NCBI GenBank assembly: GCA_963707635.1 | Contig: OY970173.1 | Coordinates: 384,001-448,000, forward strand | Reading direction: 5' to 3' | Origin: Candidatus Latescibacterota bacterium | GTDB lineage: Bacteria; Krumholzibacteriota; Krumholzibacteriia; WVZY01; JAKEHA01 | Length of the DNA: 64,000 bases | In this document: positions 41,946 through 52,383 of the stretch, piece by piece | Layout of the letters: each line of letters opens with the position of its first letter | Numbering within the stretch: position 1 is the stretch's first letter | Position numbers and translations under genes: made by a program | Notes under the pieces: generated by a model | Told to the model about the DNA's origin: nothing | The model's database searches: none | The model's input: the letters and a program-made list of their open reading frames with translations, nothing else

Positions 41946-42042
41946 CGCGTCGTGTGCTTGCGATGCCGAGCGCGAATTTCAAGAAGGCGGGCGGGACTAA
42001 CGTGGCTCCGAAGATGGCTATCTCCGGAGTCGGGCGCGCCGA

Positions 42043-42411
42043 CTACTTCGGCGACTCAAGGACGTCGCGCAGCGCGTTTTCGATTTCCGCCACGGTGAAG
42101 GGTTTTTCGACGACGCGGGTGGCGCCGAGGAGCTGGGCGCTCTGGAGAAACACGCGGTTGCTCGGCGCGCTCATCGCCACACAGCGGGTCATGGGACTCT
42201 CCCGCTGGAGATACATGATGACCTCGAGGCCATCCTTCTCCGGCATGAGAATGTCCGCAATCACGACGTCGAAGGACTCCTTGCGCAGCATTTCGATGGC
42301 CTGCTTGCCGTCGCTGGCTTCGCTCACGTCGTAACCTGTGCGCGTGAGCCACGTACGCAGCATGCTCCGTATCTGCGGCTCGTCGTCCACGACCAGAATT
42401 CGGCGTTGCAT
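42043..42411 (-). CDS. Single-domain response regulator
   Basis: ILVVDDE, DILMPEKDG, KPF. Confidence 0.92.
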   Translation of the reverse strand: MQRRILVVDDEPQIRSMLRTWLTRTGYDVSEASDGKQAIEMLRKESFDVVIADILMPEKDGLEVIMYLQRESPMTRCVAMSAPSNRVFLQSAQLLGATRVVEKPFTVAEIENALRDVLESPK

Positions 42412-42723
42412 GGTTGGCTCCCGACTAAATGCCCGAACGGCCGGCACCCGAGCTTGACCCGCCGATTGCCCCACCTGGAATCCAGGGAAGCTCTAGTCCT
42501 CGCCCCGCCCCAAAGCATACCCGGAAATTACCCGTGTTTTAAAGGGCTTTTCTCGGTCGGGTGGCAAGGGCGGCCGGCACTCTATCCGGGCAATTCCTGG
42601 CTTGCAAACTGAAACCTGACTGGTGATATTTCCGTTAGTTTCTGCAAGAGGTTCGGAACACCGCACAGTTACCGATTCCTCCTCCTCCGCCAACTGGCGG
42701 AATCTTTGCAAGACACCCGGCGA

Positions 42724-43485
42724 ATGCACTCACCGCTCCATATCACTTACGTCGGCCACGCCACGTGCCTGATCGAGATGAACGACGTCCGGATCCTCAC
42801 GGATCCGTTGTTGCGTGATCGCGTGGGGTACATTCGGCGCCAGTCCGCCGCAGTCGACCCGGCCCGCGTCGGCGGCATCGACGCGGTGCTCATCTCTCAC
42901 GCGCACCTCGATCACCTGGACCTGCCTTCGCTGCGCCGGCTCGGGCGCGACAAGCGGATGATCGTGCCCGAGGGGACCGGAAACATGCTCTTGCGCGACG
43001 GCTTCCAGGACGTCGAGGAAGTCCGGCCGGGTGACTGGACACGGGTGGGAGAGGTGGATATCCAGGCCACGGATGCCTCCCACGACGGCGCGCGTTACCC
43101 GTTCGGGCCCGAGTCCGAGACCGTCGGGTTCGTTCTCCACGGCGAGCGGGCGGTCTACTTCGCCGGCGACACCGATCTGTTTCCCGAGATGTCCGACATC
43201 CACGGCGCGCTGGACGTCGCACTGCTGCCGGTCTGGGGCTGGGGCCCGACGCTCGGTTCCGGGCACCTCACACCTCGCCGGGCCGCCGAATCGCTGACCA
43301 TGCTGCGACCGCGCACCGCCATCCCGATCCACTGGGGGACCTTCGCACCGCTGGGTTTCGGCTGGCTCCGGCCGCGCTTCCTGACGCTGCCGCCGTACGA
43401 CTTCGCGGACCACGCGAGCGATCTCGCGCCCGAGGTCGAGGTGCACGTCGTCCACCCCGGCAATTTGTTTCGCCTCCGCCATTGA
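42724..43485 (+). CDS. Metallo-beta-lactamase fold hydrolase
   Basis: GHA, LTDP, SHAHLDHLD, YFAGDT, IPIHWGT. Confidence 0.92.
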   Translation: MHSPLHITYVGHATCLIEMNDVRILTDPLLRDRVGYIRRQSAAVDPARVGGIDAVLISHAHLDHLDLPSLRRLGRDKRMIVPEGTGNMLLRDGFQDVEEVRPGDWTRVGEVDIQATDASHDGARYPFGPESETVGFVLHGERAVYFAGDTDLFPEMSDIHGALDVALLPVWGWGPTLGSGHLTPRRAAESLTMLRPRTAIPIHWGTFAPLGFGWLRPRFLTLPPYDFADHASDLAPEVEVHVVHPGNLFRLRH

Positions 43486-43506
43486 TGTCCCCTCATAATT
43501 GACCCG

Positions 43507-45573
43507 ATGGGTCATCGAGCCTCCCCCTACTCGCTAGCGCGAAGAGTAGCGGCGTTGTGGACCATCGAGGTGGCAGCCCTGTGGCTCCTCGCCCGCGTGC
43601 TGCCCGGCTTGAGCCTCGAAGGGTGGGGCGCCGCCGTGCTCGGCGTGGCGGTCATCGGGTTCGCCAACGCGCTCGTCCGCCCGATTCTGCTCTTCCTCAC
43701 GCTTCCGTTCACGGTTCTGTCGTTCGGATTCCTCACCCTCGGGCTGAATGCGCTCATCCTGTGGCTGGCGGCGCTCGCCGTTCCCGGCCTGCACGTGAGC
43801 AGTTTCTGGGGAGGCTTCGCCGCCGCCCTCGGCCTGTCCGCGGTCAACACCGCTGCCACGTCGCTGTTGGCATTCGACGAAGAAGACTCGGTCTACCGGA
43901 ACATCGTCAAGCGCATGGCGCGCCGGAGTCATCCGCTGGCGGAGAACCCGACTCCGGGGCTCGTGTTCGTGGAGTTCGACGGTCTTTCGGCGGGCGTGCT
44001 CGAGCGCGCGATCCGTGCCGGATACCTTCCCACGCTCGCGCGCTGGGTCGAGCGCGGAACCCATCGGATCGTGAGCTGGGACTGCGGGGTGCCGTCGCAG
44101 ACCTCGTCGGTCCAGGCGGGAATTCTGTTTGGCAACAATTTCGACATCCCGGGGTTCCGCTGGTACGAGAAGTCGACCGGCGAAATGGTGGTCTCAAACG
44201 ACCCCGCCGACGCCCGGCGCATCGAGCAACGCGTCTCCCGGGGCGCCGGACTCCTGCGCGAGAACGGGATCAGTGTGTTCAACATGTTCACGGGGGACGC
44301 CCGCCGGAGCGTAGCGACCATCAGCACGCTCGCGACCTCGGTGCACGAGGTTCGTGAAGCCAGCTCGACCTATTTCACGTTTTTCGTCAATCCGTACAAC
44401 TTCACGCGCGCACTGGTGTTCATGGCGTGGGAACTGGCGGTCGAGCGGTGGGAGGCGATTCGGCAGTCGCTCCGTGGCGTGCGCCCGAGGGTGTCGCGCG
44501 GAGGCGGATTCCCGTTTCTGCGCGCGATGTCGACGATCTTCCAACGCGACTTCGGGACGCACGCGTTGATGAGCGAAATGTTCGCGGGGGTTCCCATCGC
44601 GTACCTGACGTTCGTGGGCTACGACGTCGTCGCGCATCACGCCGGCCCCGAGCGCCGCGACGCGCTTCGCGTGCTCCGGCACCTCGACCGGCGCGTCGCG
44701 ATGCTCGAACGCACGGGACAGGACGCCCCGCGACCGTACCGGTTCGTTGTGCTCTCCGACCACGGCCAGACGCCGAGCGTGCCGTTCCGCCAGCGGCATG
44801 GCCACTCACTCGACCAGGTGGTGCGTCGCCTGGTGAGCGAGTCGCGCACCGTCCACGCGGCGCCCGAGCACGTCGAGAGCTGGGGGCACCTGAACGCGTT
44901 GCTCTCCGAAGCGATTCGTCACGAGCGCCTGGCTGGACGGGCGGCACGCGGCCTCCTGCGGCGGCGGACCCGCGAGGGAGTTGTGGAGCTGGGAACGAGC
45001 CGCCAGCCCGCGCAGGGCGACGTGATCGTGTGCGCGTCCGGGAACCTCGGGCTGATCTATCTCACGCACGTGAGCGATCGCGTCACGCTCGAGGATATCG
45101 CCACCCAGTTTCCCGGGTTGATCGAAGGCCTCGTCGCCCACGATGGTATCGGCTTCGTGATGGTCCGCTCGGCCGCACACGGCCCGGTGGCCATGGGGCG
45201 CGATGGCGTCCATTACCTGCGGGAGCACATCATCGAAGGGACCGACCCGCTCGCGGAGTACGGCCCGCACGCGGCCGCCCAGCTCGAGCGGCTCGACGGC
45301 TTCCCCCACAGCGGCGACGTGGTGGTCAATGGCCGCTACCATCCCGCCGACGGCTTCGTCGAGAGCTTCGAGGAAATGGTGGGTGCCCACGGCGGTCTCG
45401 GCGGCGCCCAGACCGAGGCGTTTCTGATGGCGCCGCGCAATTGGCCGCTTCCATCCACCACCATGCACAGCCCCGAAGAGATCCATCAGGTGTTCGTGCG
45501 CTGGCGCGACACCATCGCCGCCGGCCGCGAGCCGTCCGGCCGCGTGGACGGGGCCGGCAGCGATGCCCTATAG
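43507..45573 (+). CDS. YvlD/holin-like membrane domain fused to alkaline-phosphatase-superfamily domain
   Basis: N-terminal NALVRPIL..LTLP; EFDGL, PSQT, YDVVAHH, LSDHG, GAHGG. Confidence 0.85.
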   Translation: MGHRASPYSLARRVAALWTIEVAALWLLARVLPGLSLEGWGAAVLGVAVIGFANALVRPILLFLTLPFTVLSFGFLTLGLNALILWLAALAVPGLHVSSFWGGFAAALGLSAVNTAATSLLAFDEEDSVYRNIVKRMARRSHPLAENPTPGLVFVEFDGLSAGVLERAIRAGYLPTLARWVERGTHRIVSWDCGVPSQTSSVQAGILFGNNFDIPGFRWYEKSTGEMVVSNDPADARRIEQRVSRGAGLLRENGISVFNMFTGDARRSVATISTLATSVHEVREASSTYFTFFVNPYNFTRALVFMAWELAVERWEAIRQSLRGVRPRVSRGGGFPFLRAMSTIFQRDFGTHALMSEMFAGVPIAYLTFVGYDVVAHHAGPERRDALRVLRHLDRRVAMLERTGQDAPRPYRFVVLSDHGQTPSVPFRQRHGHSLDQVVRRLVSESRTVHAAPEHVESWGHLNALLSEAIRHERLAGRAARGLLRRRTREGVVELGTSRQPAQGDVIVCASGNLGLIYLTHVSDRVTLEDIATQFPGLIEGLVAHDGIGFVMVRSAAHGPVAMGRDGVHYLREHIIEGTDPLAEYGPHAAAQLERLDGFPHSGDVVVNGRYHPADGFVESFEEMVGAHGGLGGAQTEAFLMAPRNWPLPSTTMHSPEEIHQVFVRWRDTIAAGREPSGRVDGAGSDAL

Positions 45574-45581
45574 TCGAACCC

Positions 45582-47219
45582 GTGAGTGAACGCCCGTCGC
45601 AATCCCCGGGGGACCGCCGCCGGATCCAGGAACTCAGCCTCGAGATCGAACAGCTGCGCGCGGAGCTCTACGAGTATCGCCGCGCGCAGGAGTCCGTCCG
45701 CGATACGGCGCAGCGGCTGCGCGCCGTGGTGGAGCACGCCCCGATCGTCGTGTTTGCGGTCGATCGCGACGGCGTGTTCACCCTGTCGGAGGGCCGGGGA
45801 CTGGAGTCGCTCGGGCTCAAGCCCGGCCAGGTGGTCGGAATCTCGGCGCTCGACCTGTACAAGGACGTTCCCCAGATTCAGGAGAACCTGCGCAGGTGCC
45901 TGGCCGGGGAAGCGGTCAATGACGTGGTTCGCGTGGGCGACCTCGTGTTCGAGTCGATCTACACCCCGAGGCGCAACGCCGCCGGGGTCGTCATCGGAGT
46001 CTCGGGCGTCGCCTGGGAGGTCACACAGCGTGTGCGGGCGGAAGAGGCGGCGAAAGCACTCGAGGCCCAGCTCTTCCAGGCCCAGAAGATGGAGACCATC
46101 GGCACCCTGGCCGGTGGTATCGCGCATGATTTCAATAACATCCTCTCACCCATCCTCGGCTACACCGACCTCGCATTGAGCCTGCTGGACGCGAATCACC
46201 CGGTGCGAGAGGACCTCGAGCAGGTGATCCGCGCCGCGCACCGCGCCAAGGAACTCGTCGAGCAGATTCTTATTTTTTCCCGGCGCGGGGACGAAATGAG
46301 GCGTCCGTTGCAGCTTCATCTGATCGTCCTCGAAGCGCTCAAGTTGATCCGGTCGTCGTTGCCCTCGACGATCGAGGTCGAGCAGCACGTGGAGACCCGG
46401 GACGACACCGTGTTCGCCGACCCCGCCCAGATGCACCAGGTATTCATCAATCTGTGCACCAACGCCGCGCACGCGATGCGGGAAACCAACGGCGTTCTGC
46501 GGATCGAAATGGCGCGCGAGACGGTGGACGCCCACACCGCCGCCCGTATCCAGGGACTCAAGCCCGGCGACTACGTCGTGCTTACCGTCCGGGATCAGGG
46601 GGAAGGCATGGAACCCACCACCCAGGCGCGCATCTTCGAGCCGTTCTTTACCACCAAGAAGCCCGGCGAGGGCACGGGCCTCGGGCTCTCCGTGGTGCAC
46701 GGCATCGTGATGAGCCACGGGGGTGCGATCGATGTGACCAGTCAGCGCGGTCAGGGAACTACGTTTCGAGTGTATCTGCCGAGCGCGCCACCCGCGGCAG
46801 CGGACACGGAGAGTGCGCGCGTGCCGGACACGGCGGCGCGAGGCGAGCACATTCTCGTCGTCGACGACGAACCGGACGTCACGCGGGTGCTGACCAGGAT
46901 CCTCGAATCACAGGGATACCGGGTAACGGCGCTGACCTCGAGCGAAGCGGCGCTGGCGGCGTTTCGGCGTGCCCCGGCCGATTTCGCGGCCGTTATCACG
47001 GACCAGACCATGCCGCGCATGACCGGCGTTGAGCTCGCCCGCGAGATTCATGCGGTGAGCGAGCGGACACCGGTGATTCTCACCACCGGCTATCGGGGAA
47101 AGCTCACCGCCGATGCGGTCGCACGCGACATCGCCGCGGTGGCGGCCAAGCCGTTCGACGTGATGACCCTCACCGCCACGCTCCGCGCCGCGCTCGATGG
47201 CACCGGGGAGCAGGGCTAG
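45582..47219 (+). CDS. Hybrid PAS sensor histidine kinase / receiver
   Basis: PAS domain, AGGIAHDFNN H-box, NLCTNA, GTGLGL, C-terminal receiver (VVDDE, DQTMP, KPF); GTG start estimated. Confidence 0.92.
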   Translation: MSERPSQSPGDRRRIQELSLEIEQLRAELYEYRRAQESVRDTAQRLRAVVEHAPIVVFAVDRDGVFTLSEGRGLESLGLKPGQVVGISALDLYKDVPQIQENLRRCLAGEAVNDVVRVGDLVFESIYTPRRNAAGVVIGVSGVAWEVTQRVRAEEAAKALEAQLFQAQKMETIGTLAGGIAHDFNNILSPILGYTDLALSLLDANHPVREDLEQVIRAAHRAKELVEQILIFSRRGDEMRRPLQLHLIVLEALKLIRSSLPSTIEVEQHVETRDDTVFADPAQMHQVFINLCTNAAHAMRETNGVLRIEMARETVDAHTAARIQGLKPGDYVVLTVRDQGEGMEPTTQARIFEPFFTTKKPGEGTGLGLSVVHGIVMSHGGAIDVTSQRGQGTTFRVYLPSAPPAAADTESARVPDTAARGEHILVVDDEPDVTRVLTRILESQGYRVTALTSSEAALAAFRRAPADFAAVITDQTMPRMTGVELAREIHAVSERTPVILTTGYRGKLTADAVARDIAAVAAKPFDVMTLTATLRAALDGTGEQG

Positions 47220-47437
47220 CGCTTCAGCGCGGCAACGATCTCGTCGTTAGACGGAAATCGTCCCGTCTCCTTCTTCGAAAACACCAGCGTGCCCTCGCGA
47301 CGAATCTCAAACGCGCCACCCTTCGACTTGATCAGTTCGATCTCGATGGCGGGAAATGCCTTTTCGAGCGCGGCCCTCAAACTGAGGGCCTTGGGAGTGT
47401 AGTCTCAGGGAATGCAGTACTCGATCGACACACGCAT
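47216..47437 (-). CDS. Rdx (SelW/SelT/SelH) family selenoprotein, CxxU; absent from ORF track
   Basis: MRVSIEYCIP-TGA-DYTPKA...KGGAFEI...LVFSKKETGRFP; SD GGAGG; hairpin 14 nt after TGA. Confidence 0.9.
47372..47390 (-). promoter_or_regulatory. Putative bacterial SECIS element
   Basis: GGCCCUCA-GUU-UGAGGGCC stem-loop beginning 14 nt after in-frame UGA (47405-47407). Confidence 0.75.
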
Positions 47438-47633
47438 AACAGACCTCCCGGGGCGCGGCACCTTGAACGAGCTTTAACCGAGAGTAGGAGAGCCACTCTA
47501 CTGCGTCAACCCGCGCCACGTTTTCAATTGATTCCTCTGCAATCAGATAGTGGAAGGCTTTAACCGATCTTCACGACGCCGTCGAAGCACTTGCATGTCA
47601 TCAAACCAGTTAGACATTTGCCCGAGCTCCGCT

Positions 47634-47752
47634 TGTGGAAAAACACCCCCACGCACCTGCGCGAGAGGCTGTAACTCCATTGTTGGCAAAGTGAACGCCG
47701 TGGCGTCCAGAATCAATAAGTTATGCACAACGAAGTGCCGGTTTGTGGAAAA
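47634..47752. promoter_or_regulatory. Cluster of three DnaA-box matches and an IHF consensus site
   Basis: TTTTCCACA (- strand; 47634-47642, 47744-47752), TTATGCACA (47721-47729), AATCAATAAGTTA = WATCAAN4TTR (47711-47723). Confidence 0.55.
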
Positions 47753-47776
47753 CATCCGGACGGCCGGGTGACGTCC

Positions 47777-47817
47777 AAAAGCAAGCACGCCCCCGGGCTC
47801 GAGGCCCGGAGGCGTGC
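47777..47817 (-). terminator. Intrinsic terminator after bactofilin gene
   Basis: GC-rich stem of about 14 bp followed by TTGCTTTT on - strand. Confidence 0.7.
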
Positions 47818-47846
47818 AGTCCGACATTCCAGCGGGAACGCGGAGG

Positions 47847-48308
47847 CTATCGTACGGTGATGGGCTCGGGACGCTTCTCTTCCTTGCGAACCCACGCAGC
47901 GTCGGGTTCCTTGTGCGCGCCCGTGCTCGTGCTCGCGGTCGCACCCGCGCCCGCCTGCGAGCCCATCTTGCAGTTGCCCTCGAAGAACACGCCCTCGTCG
48001 ATGACGAGGCGGGCGGTCTGGATATCGCCCTCGACGTGCGAACCGCTCTGGAGCTCGATCTTGTTCGCCGCCGCGATATTCCCAATCAGCTTGCCGCCGA
48101 TGACTGCGTTCTTCACCTTGATTTCGGCCTTTACTACGCCCGACTTGCCGATGATCAGCGTGTCCGGGCATGAGATCGACCCCTCGAACTGGCCGTCGAT
48201 ACGAATCGTACCCTGCAGCTCGATGTCGCCCTTGATCTTGCATCCCTGGCCGAGCATCGAGTTCAGCGTCCCCTGGGTCGTGGTGACTTCTCCGTCCTTA
48301 CCAAACAT
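47847..48308 (-). CDS. Bactofilin (polymer-forming cytoskeletal protein)
   Basis: LGQGCKIKGDI...IRIDG...LIIGKSG.V...L.IDEGVFFEGNC; typical position after M23 gene. Confidence 0.92.
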   Translation of the reverse strand: MFGKDGEVTTTQGTLNSMLGQGCKIKGDIELQGTIRIDGQFEGSISCPDTLIIGKSGVVKAEIKVKNAVIGGKLIGNIAAANKIELQSGSHVEGDIQTARLVIDEGVFFEGNCKMGSQAGAGATASTSTGAHKEPDAAWVRKEEKRPEPITVR

Positions 48309-48392
48309 TGCTTTCGCCTCCTCGTTCGACTGAGTCGTCTTGAAGCCAGATTTCAACATGATGTTCCGGACCCCCTCCAGCTGGACCGCTGT

Positions 48393-49193
48393 CTAGTTCA
48401 GCAGGTACTTCCGTGGATCGACGGGCACGCCGTTCTCTCGAACCTCGAAGTGAAGATGTGGGGCCGTACTCTTGCCGGTGCTCCCGACGAAGGCGATAGT
48501 CTTACCACGGGTTACCCGGTCCCCGACGTTTACCAGATTCCGGGAGTTATGTCCATACACGGAGCGAAGTCCGTACCCGTGGTCGATCTCGACCATCCAT
48601 CCGTAGGTCTCGTCGAAACCGCTCATTTCGACGACACCGTCCGCCACCGCGAACACCGGCGTCTCTCGCGGGGCAGCAATGTCCATGCCCGGGTGATAGT
48701 CCGGGTCCTTTTCGCCGCCGGTTACATGAAATTCCTTTGTAACAAAGCCCTTTAGAGGCCACATCGAGGGCATCGAGTCGAGCATGAGCCGTTGCTCACC
48801 CGCACCGACCGCACCGGCTTCTTCCTCAAAAGAGATGGAAGGACTTTGGTCGGTCGGTGAGAGGCTTGCCACCAGCGTGCTGTCGTCGGGCGAGAGTGCG
48901 ATCCCGAGCATCGACTTGAGCTGAAGCCCCAGCGCATGCAGGCGCAGCATCTCGACCTTGAGGGAGTCGACTTCCGCCAGGCGGGTCCGCAAGGCGTCGT
49001 TCTCATGGGTCAGGGTCATCGATCGGTGCGCGGCCGTGGCGACCCGGCCGTAGGTGACGACGAATGCGAAGCCGGCGATCATCCCGACCGTGGCCAGGAT
49101 GACGAACGCGATCGCCCACCGGTACGAAACGCGGAAGTTCCACGTCGTCCGGTTATCATGGGGAACGACGATGACGGAGAACTGCTTGGACAT
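48393..49193 (-). CDS. M23 family peptidase with N-terminal TM helix and coiled coil
   Basis: PSMWP, HPGMD, YGHN, STGKSTAPHLHFEV. Confidence 0.92.
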   Translation of the reverse strand: MSKQFSVIVVPHDNRTTWNFRVSYRWAIAFVILATVGMIAGFAFVVTYGRVATAAHRSMTLTHENDALRTRLAEVDSLKVEMLRLHALGLQLKSMLGIALSPDDSTLVASLSPTDQSPSISFEEEAGAVGAGEQRLMLDSMPSMWPLKGFVTKEFHVTGGEKDPDYHPGMDIAAPRETPVFAVADGVVEMSGFDETYGWMVEIDHGYGLRSVYGHNSRNLVNVGDRVTRGKTIAFVGSTGKSTAPHLHFEVRENGVPVDPRKYLLN

Positions 49194-49204
49194 CTCCGGT
49201 CCCG

Positions 49205-50074
49205 TCAGCGCGGAAGCGGCACTCGCATCAGGGAGGCGAGTCGTTCGAAGTCGTCGTAGGTGTAGAATTCGATCGCGATCCGGCCCTTGCCACCTCGCTT
49301 TTCGTCGATCGAAACACGGGTTCCCAGATGCTGTGAGAACGCGCGCTCCAGATCCGTCAGGTGGGCCGGTTTCTCCTTCGGCGGCCGGCCCATGGACTCC
49401 TTGCGCCGGCGAACCAGCCCGACTTCGGCCTCCACCTGGCGAACGCTCAAGTTGTGCTGGACGATCCGGTGCGCGAGGGCGGTCTGTTCCTTCTGGGTAG
49501 GGAGCGTCAGGAGGGCTCTCGCGTGCCCGCCCGTTATCGCCTCCGCCTCCACCATTTTCTGGACTTCCTCCGGCAGGTTCAACAGGCGCAACGTATTGGC
49601 CACGGAACTGCGATCCTTGCCCACCATCGTGGCCACATCGCCCTGCGAAATACCGAACTCCGAAATCAGCCGCCGATAGGCCTGGGCCTCCTCGATCGCG
49701 TTGAGGTTCTCCCGCTGGATGTTTTCCACGATCGCGAGCCGCAGCGCGTCGGCGTCCTTCACGTCGCGCACCACCACCGGAATCGACGGCATTCCCGCCA
49801 GGCGCGCCGCCTGCAGACGCCGCTCGCCCATGATCAGTTCGAAGTGCGCGCCCTTGCGGCGCACGACCACCGGTTGCAGAACGCCGTCGTTGCGGATGCT
49901 GTCGGCGAGCTCCTTGAGCCGCGTATCGTCGAAATTGCGGCGCGGCTGGAACGGATTCGCCTCGATCACGTCGATGGAAACCTCGGTCACTTTTTCACCC
50001 GGCTGGGGTTCCGCCACGGCCGGACCTGGAATCAATGCTTCGAGCCCGCGACCCAACACTTTCCTAGTGGACAT
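49205..50074 (-). CDS. parB: Chromosome partitioning protein ParB/Spo0J
   Basis: [38 protein letters not shown]. Confidence 0.96.
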   Translation of the reverse strand: MSTRKVLGRGLEALIPGPAVAEPQPGEKVTEVSIDVIEANPFQPRRNFDDTRLKELADSIRNDGVLQPVVVRRKGAHFELIMGERRLQAARLAGMPSIPVVVRDVKDADALRLAIVENIQRENLNAIEEAQAYRRLISEFGISQGDVATMVGKDRSSVANTLRLLNLPEEVQKMVEAEAITGGHARALLTLPTQKEQTALAHRIVQHNLSVRQVEAEVGLVRRRKESMGRPPKEKPAHLTDLERAFSQHLGTRVSIDEKRGGKGRIAIEFYTYDDFERLASLMRVPLPR

Positions 50075-50828
50075 CTCCGATCACCTCGCGCGCCAGGTCG
50101 AGGTAACTCCTCGCACCCAGGCATTGGACGTCATAGAGCAGAATGGGTTTCCCGAAACTCGGCGACTCGCTCAACTTGACGTTGCGTGGAATCACCGTCT
50201 TGTAGACTTTCTCACCGAAAAAATTGACCGCCTCCTGCGCGACCTGGCTCGCGAGGTTGAGGCGCTTGTCGAACATGGTCAGCAACACACCCTCGATCGC
50301 AAGTCCGGGATTGAGCGACGCCTGCACCATCTTCACGGTGGCAAGCAGCTGGCTCAAGCCTTCCAGCGCATAATACTCGCACTGCAGCGGAATCAGGAGC
50401 GAGTCGGCCGCCGTCAATGTATTCAGCGTGAGCAGGCCGAGGCTGGGCGGACAATCGACGACGAGGTAATCGTAGTCGTCGCGAACGCGCGCCAGGGCCC
50501 GCTTCAGCCGGAACTCGCGCTGGGGTTCGGCGACCAGCTCGATCTCGGCGCCCGCGAGCGCCGGGCTCGACGGCAGGGCGTCCAGAAACGGCATCATGGT
50601 CGGAATGATGGCCTGCCGGACCAGGTTGTCGTCGAACAGCACGTCGTAGATGGTGGTGAGCAACGCTTTCCGATCGAGACCGATGCCCGAGCCCGCGTTC
50701 GCCTGCGGATCCATATCCACGAGCAGCGTCTTGCGTTCCGCCGCGGCCAGGCTGGCGCAGAGATTGACCGCCGTCGTGGTCTTCCCCACTCCACCCTTCT
50801 GATTGGCAATCGCGATGATGCGTCCCAT
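50064..50828 (-). CDS. parA: Chromosome partitioning ATPase ParA/Soj
   Basis: [46 protein letters not shown]. Confidence 0.96.
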   Translation of the reverse strand: MGRIIAIANQKGGVGKTTTAVNLCASLAAAERKTLLVDMDPQANAGSGIGLDRKALLTTIYDVLFDDNLVRQAIIPTMMPFLDALPSSPALAGAEIELVAEPQREFRLKRALARVRDDYDYLVVDCPPSLGLLTLNTLTAADSLLIPLQCEYYALEGLSQLLATVKMVQASLNPGLAIEGVLLTMFDKRLNLASQVAQEAVNFFGEKVYKTVIPRNVKLSESPSFGKPILLYDVQCLGARSYLDLAREVIGDVH

Positions 50829-50842
50829 GGGTGTTGCGCCGC

Positions 50843-52165
50843 TTACGGCGTCGGAGGAGTGCAGGTGGGAGGCGTCGTGAACGGGCTGGCGTTGAGCCAG
50901 GGGCTCACGACGATGCGGGTTGCGACTGCGCCGGAATCCAGTGAATCGTGAATGGTCCCGTCGATGGTCGACTGCTGTGCCACCGGCGCACCCCAGTAGT
51001 TGCAGCTCGCATCCAATTGAGGCACCGAGACATTCTCCGGGAAGCCATTCTCGAGATAGATGTTCATGACCCCCGTTCCGACTCCGTTGCCGCTGAATTG
51101 ATTGAAGTGAATCTGCGGGAACTCGGCGTGCGAGAGGGTAATCCCGCGCGAGAAGTTGAATTCGATCTTGTTGTACTCGATGACGATCGACGCCGATCCA
51201 CTCGGATCCATGATCGCCATCCGAATTCCGCTGCTGCCGTTGATGCGGAGGTCGCAGCCCCGCACGATCACCGAATCGGGAATCGATGCGAAGGCGGCGA
51301 TGGCGATTCCATCGGCGCGACCGTTGCTGATTTCGGTGTCGATCGCGGTGAGTGATCCAGATCCCTCGACCAGTATGCCGGCGTCGCCGCTGCATCGAAT
51401 CATACAATTCGTCACGACAGCGCTCGCGTTATCACGAAGCCGAACTGCCTTCTGGCCGTATCGAATCTCCGTGTAGTCGAGCTCGATGAGCCCATTGACT
51501 CCGCCAATTGACGTTGCACCACGGATTCCCTCCCACCATCCCCGCTCGTCACCGCACTTGAACGTGCGATCGTTGGCCTGGATGACCACCGGCTCGGTAC
51601 TCGTTCCATTTGCGATCAGCGTTGACCCCGCCACGTCGATGACGGTCCCTGGGACGTCGATGAGCAACTCGGTGCCCGCTTCGATTGTTGTCGTCGTACC
51701 TTCGGAGACCGAGAAGATGGGATTTCCGGCCGGAGGCGACACAATATAGGGCGACCTCGCTTTCACGTAGGACGCGAGTGCGGTCTGGCCACTTGCCGCG
51801 TAACCTACTTTTATTAAAGCAGTTACGCTGCTGCTCACCTGGCCGTCGGAAACCCTGACGGTGAGCGTATCGGTGCCAATGGCGACAGGAGTCGCCCATC
51901 GCACGATGGTCTTCTCCGGATTCTGCGGGGTCAGGGCGGTCTTGTTGGGATCGCGGGTGATCGACCACGTGACGGTCAGGGGATCGTCGTCCAGGTCATC
52001 TACCGCCACCGATAAATTGACCGGTACCCCTCTTACCACTCCGATCTTCGTGAACAGGAGGTCGATGGTCGGTGGCCGGTTGACGGGCGTCACGGTGTCG
52101 CCCCCGCTCGTGCAGCCAAGAGCGACCAGGACCAGAAGGAGAGGCGGCAAGCCGCAAAAACGCAT
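50843..52165 (-). CDS. Lipoprotein with Ig-like domain and right-handed parallel beta-helix
   Basis: Lipobox [18 protein letters not shown] Ig-like start, SPYIV...TIEAGT, NYWG. Confidence 0.75.
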   Translation of the reverse strand: MRFCGLPPLLLVLVALGCTSGGDTVTPVNRPPTIDLLFTKIGVVRGVPVNLSVAVDDLDDDPLTVTWSITRDPNKTALTPQNPEKTIVRWATPVAIGTDTLTVRVSDGQVSSSVTALIKVGYAASGQTALASYVKARSPYIVSPPAGNPIFSVSEGTTTTIEAGTELLIDVPGTVIDVAGSTLIANGTSTEPVVIQANDRTFKCGDERGWWEGIRGATSIGGVNGLIELDYTEIRYGQKAVRLRDNASAVVTNCMIRCSGDAGILVEGSGSLTAIDTEISNGRADGIAIAAFASIPDSVIVRGCDLRINGSSGIRMAIMDPSGSASIVIEYNKIEFNFSRGITLSHAEFPQIHFNQFSGNGVGTGVMNIYLENGFPENVSVPQLDASCNYWGAPVAQQSTIDGTIHDSLDSGAVATRIVVSPWLNASPFTTPPTCTPPTP

Positions 52166-52293
52166 TTAAATCCTTTTTAAACAACAAGTTATAGCGTGTG
52201 GGGCAGGCGTCTCTTTCCGAAGAATACGCGGCGGTCCGTCTGGGAATCAAGCGTGAATTGCGCACAAGCGCGCTTCAGCTCGTTTGTGGCACT

Positions 52294-52309
52294 GATTTCA
52301 CGTGAAATC
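52294..52309. promoter_or_regulatory. parS-like site 1
   Basis: Perfect 16-bp palindrome GATTTCACGTGAAATC; central 12 bp equal the parS consensus core. Confidence 0.8.
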
Positions 52310-52351
52310 TGCCCGGTGGGCCATGATGTGGTCCACTGCTCCCTCGCCTGT

Positions 52352-52367
52352 GGTTTCACGTGAAATC
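52352..52367. promoter_or_regulatory. parS-like site 2
   Basis: GGTTTCACGTGAAATC, 58 bp from site 1. Confidence 0.78.
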
Positions 52368-52383
52368 TCGAAGTCCGTCACGC

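Noticed and set aside
41960..42040. GAGCGCGAATTTCAA and small hairpins between convergent genes as a seventh repeat copy
   Set aside because: Only a short match; the apical CGCGC/GCGCG hairpin and closing stem are missing.
42412..42723. Possible riboswitch or sigma54 promoter in the 310-bp divergent gap
   Set aside because: No recognisable c-di-GMP or other riboswitch core and no TGGCAC-N5-TTGC match found by eye.
35525..45573. Prophage inferred from two 'phage holin family' domains
   Set aside because: YvlD-type domains are common chromosomal membrane proteins; no phage structural, lysin or integrase genes are nearby.
47543..48085. ORF 47543..48085 (-) extending through the DnaA-box region
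   Set aside because: Off-frame overlap of the bactofilin gene that runs through its terminator; no motifs.
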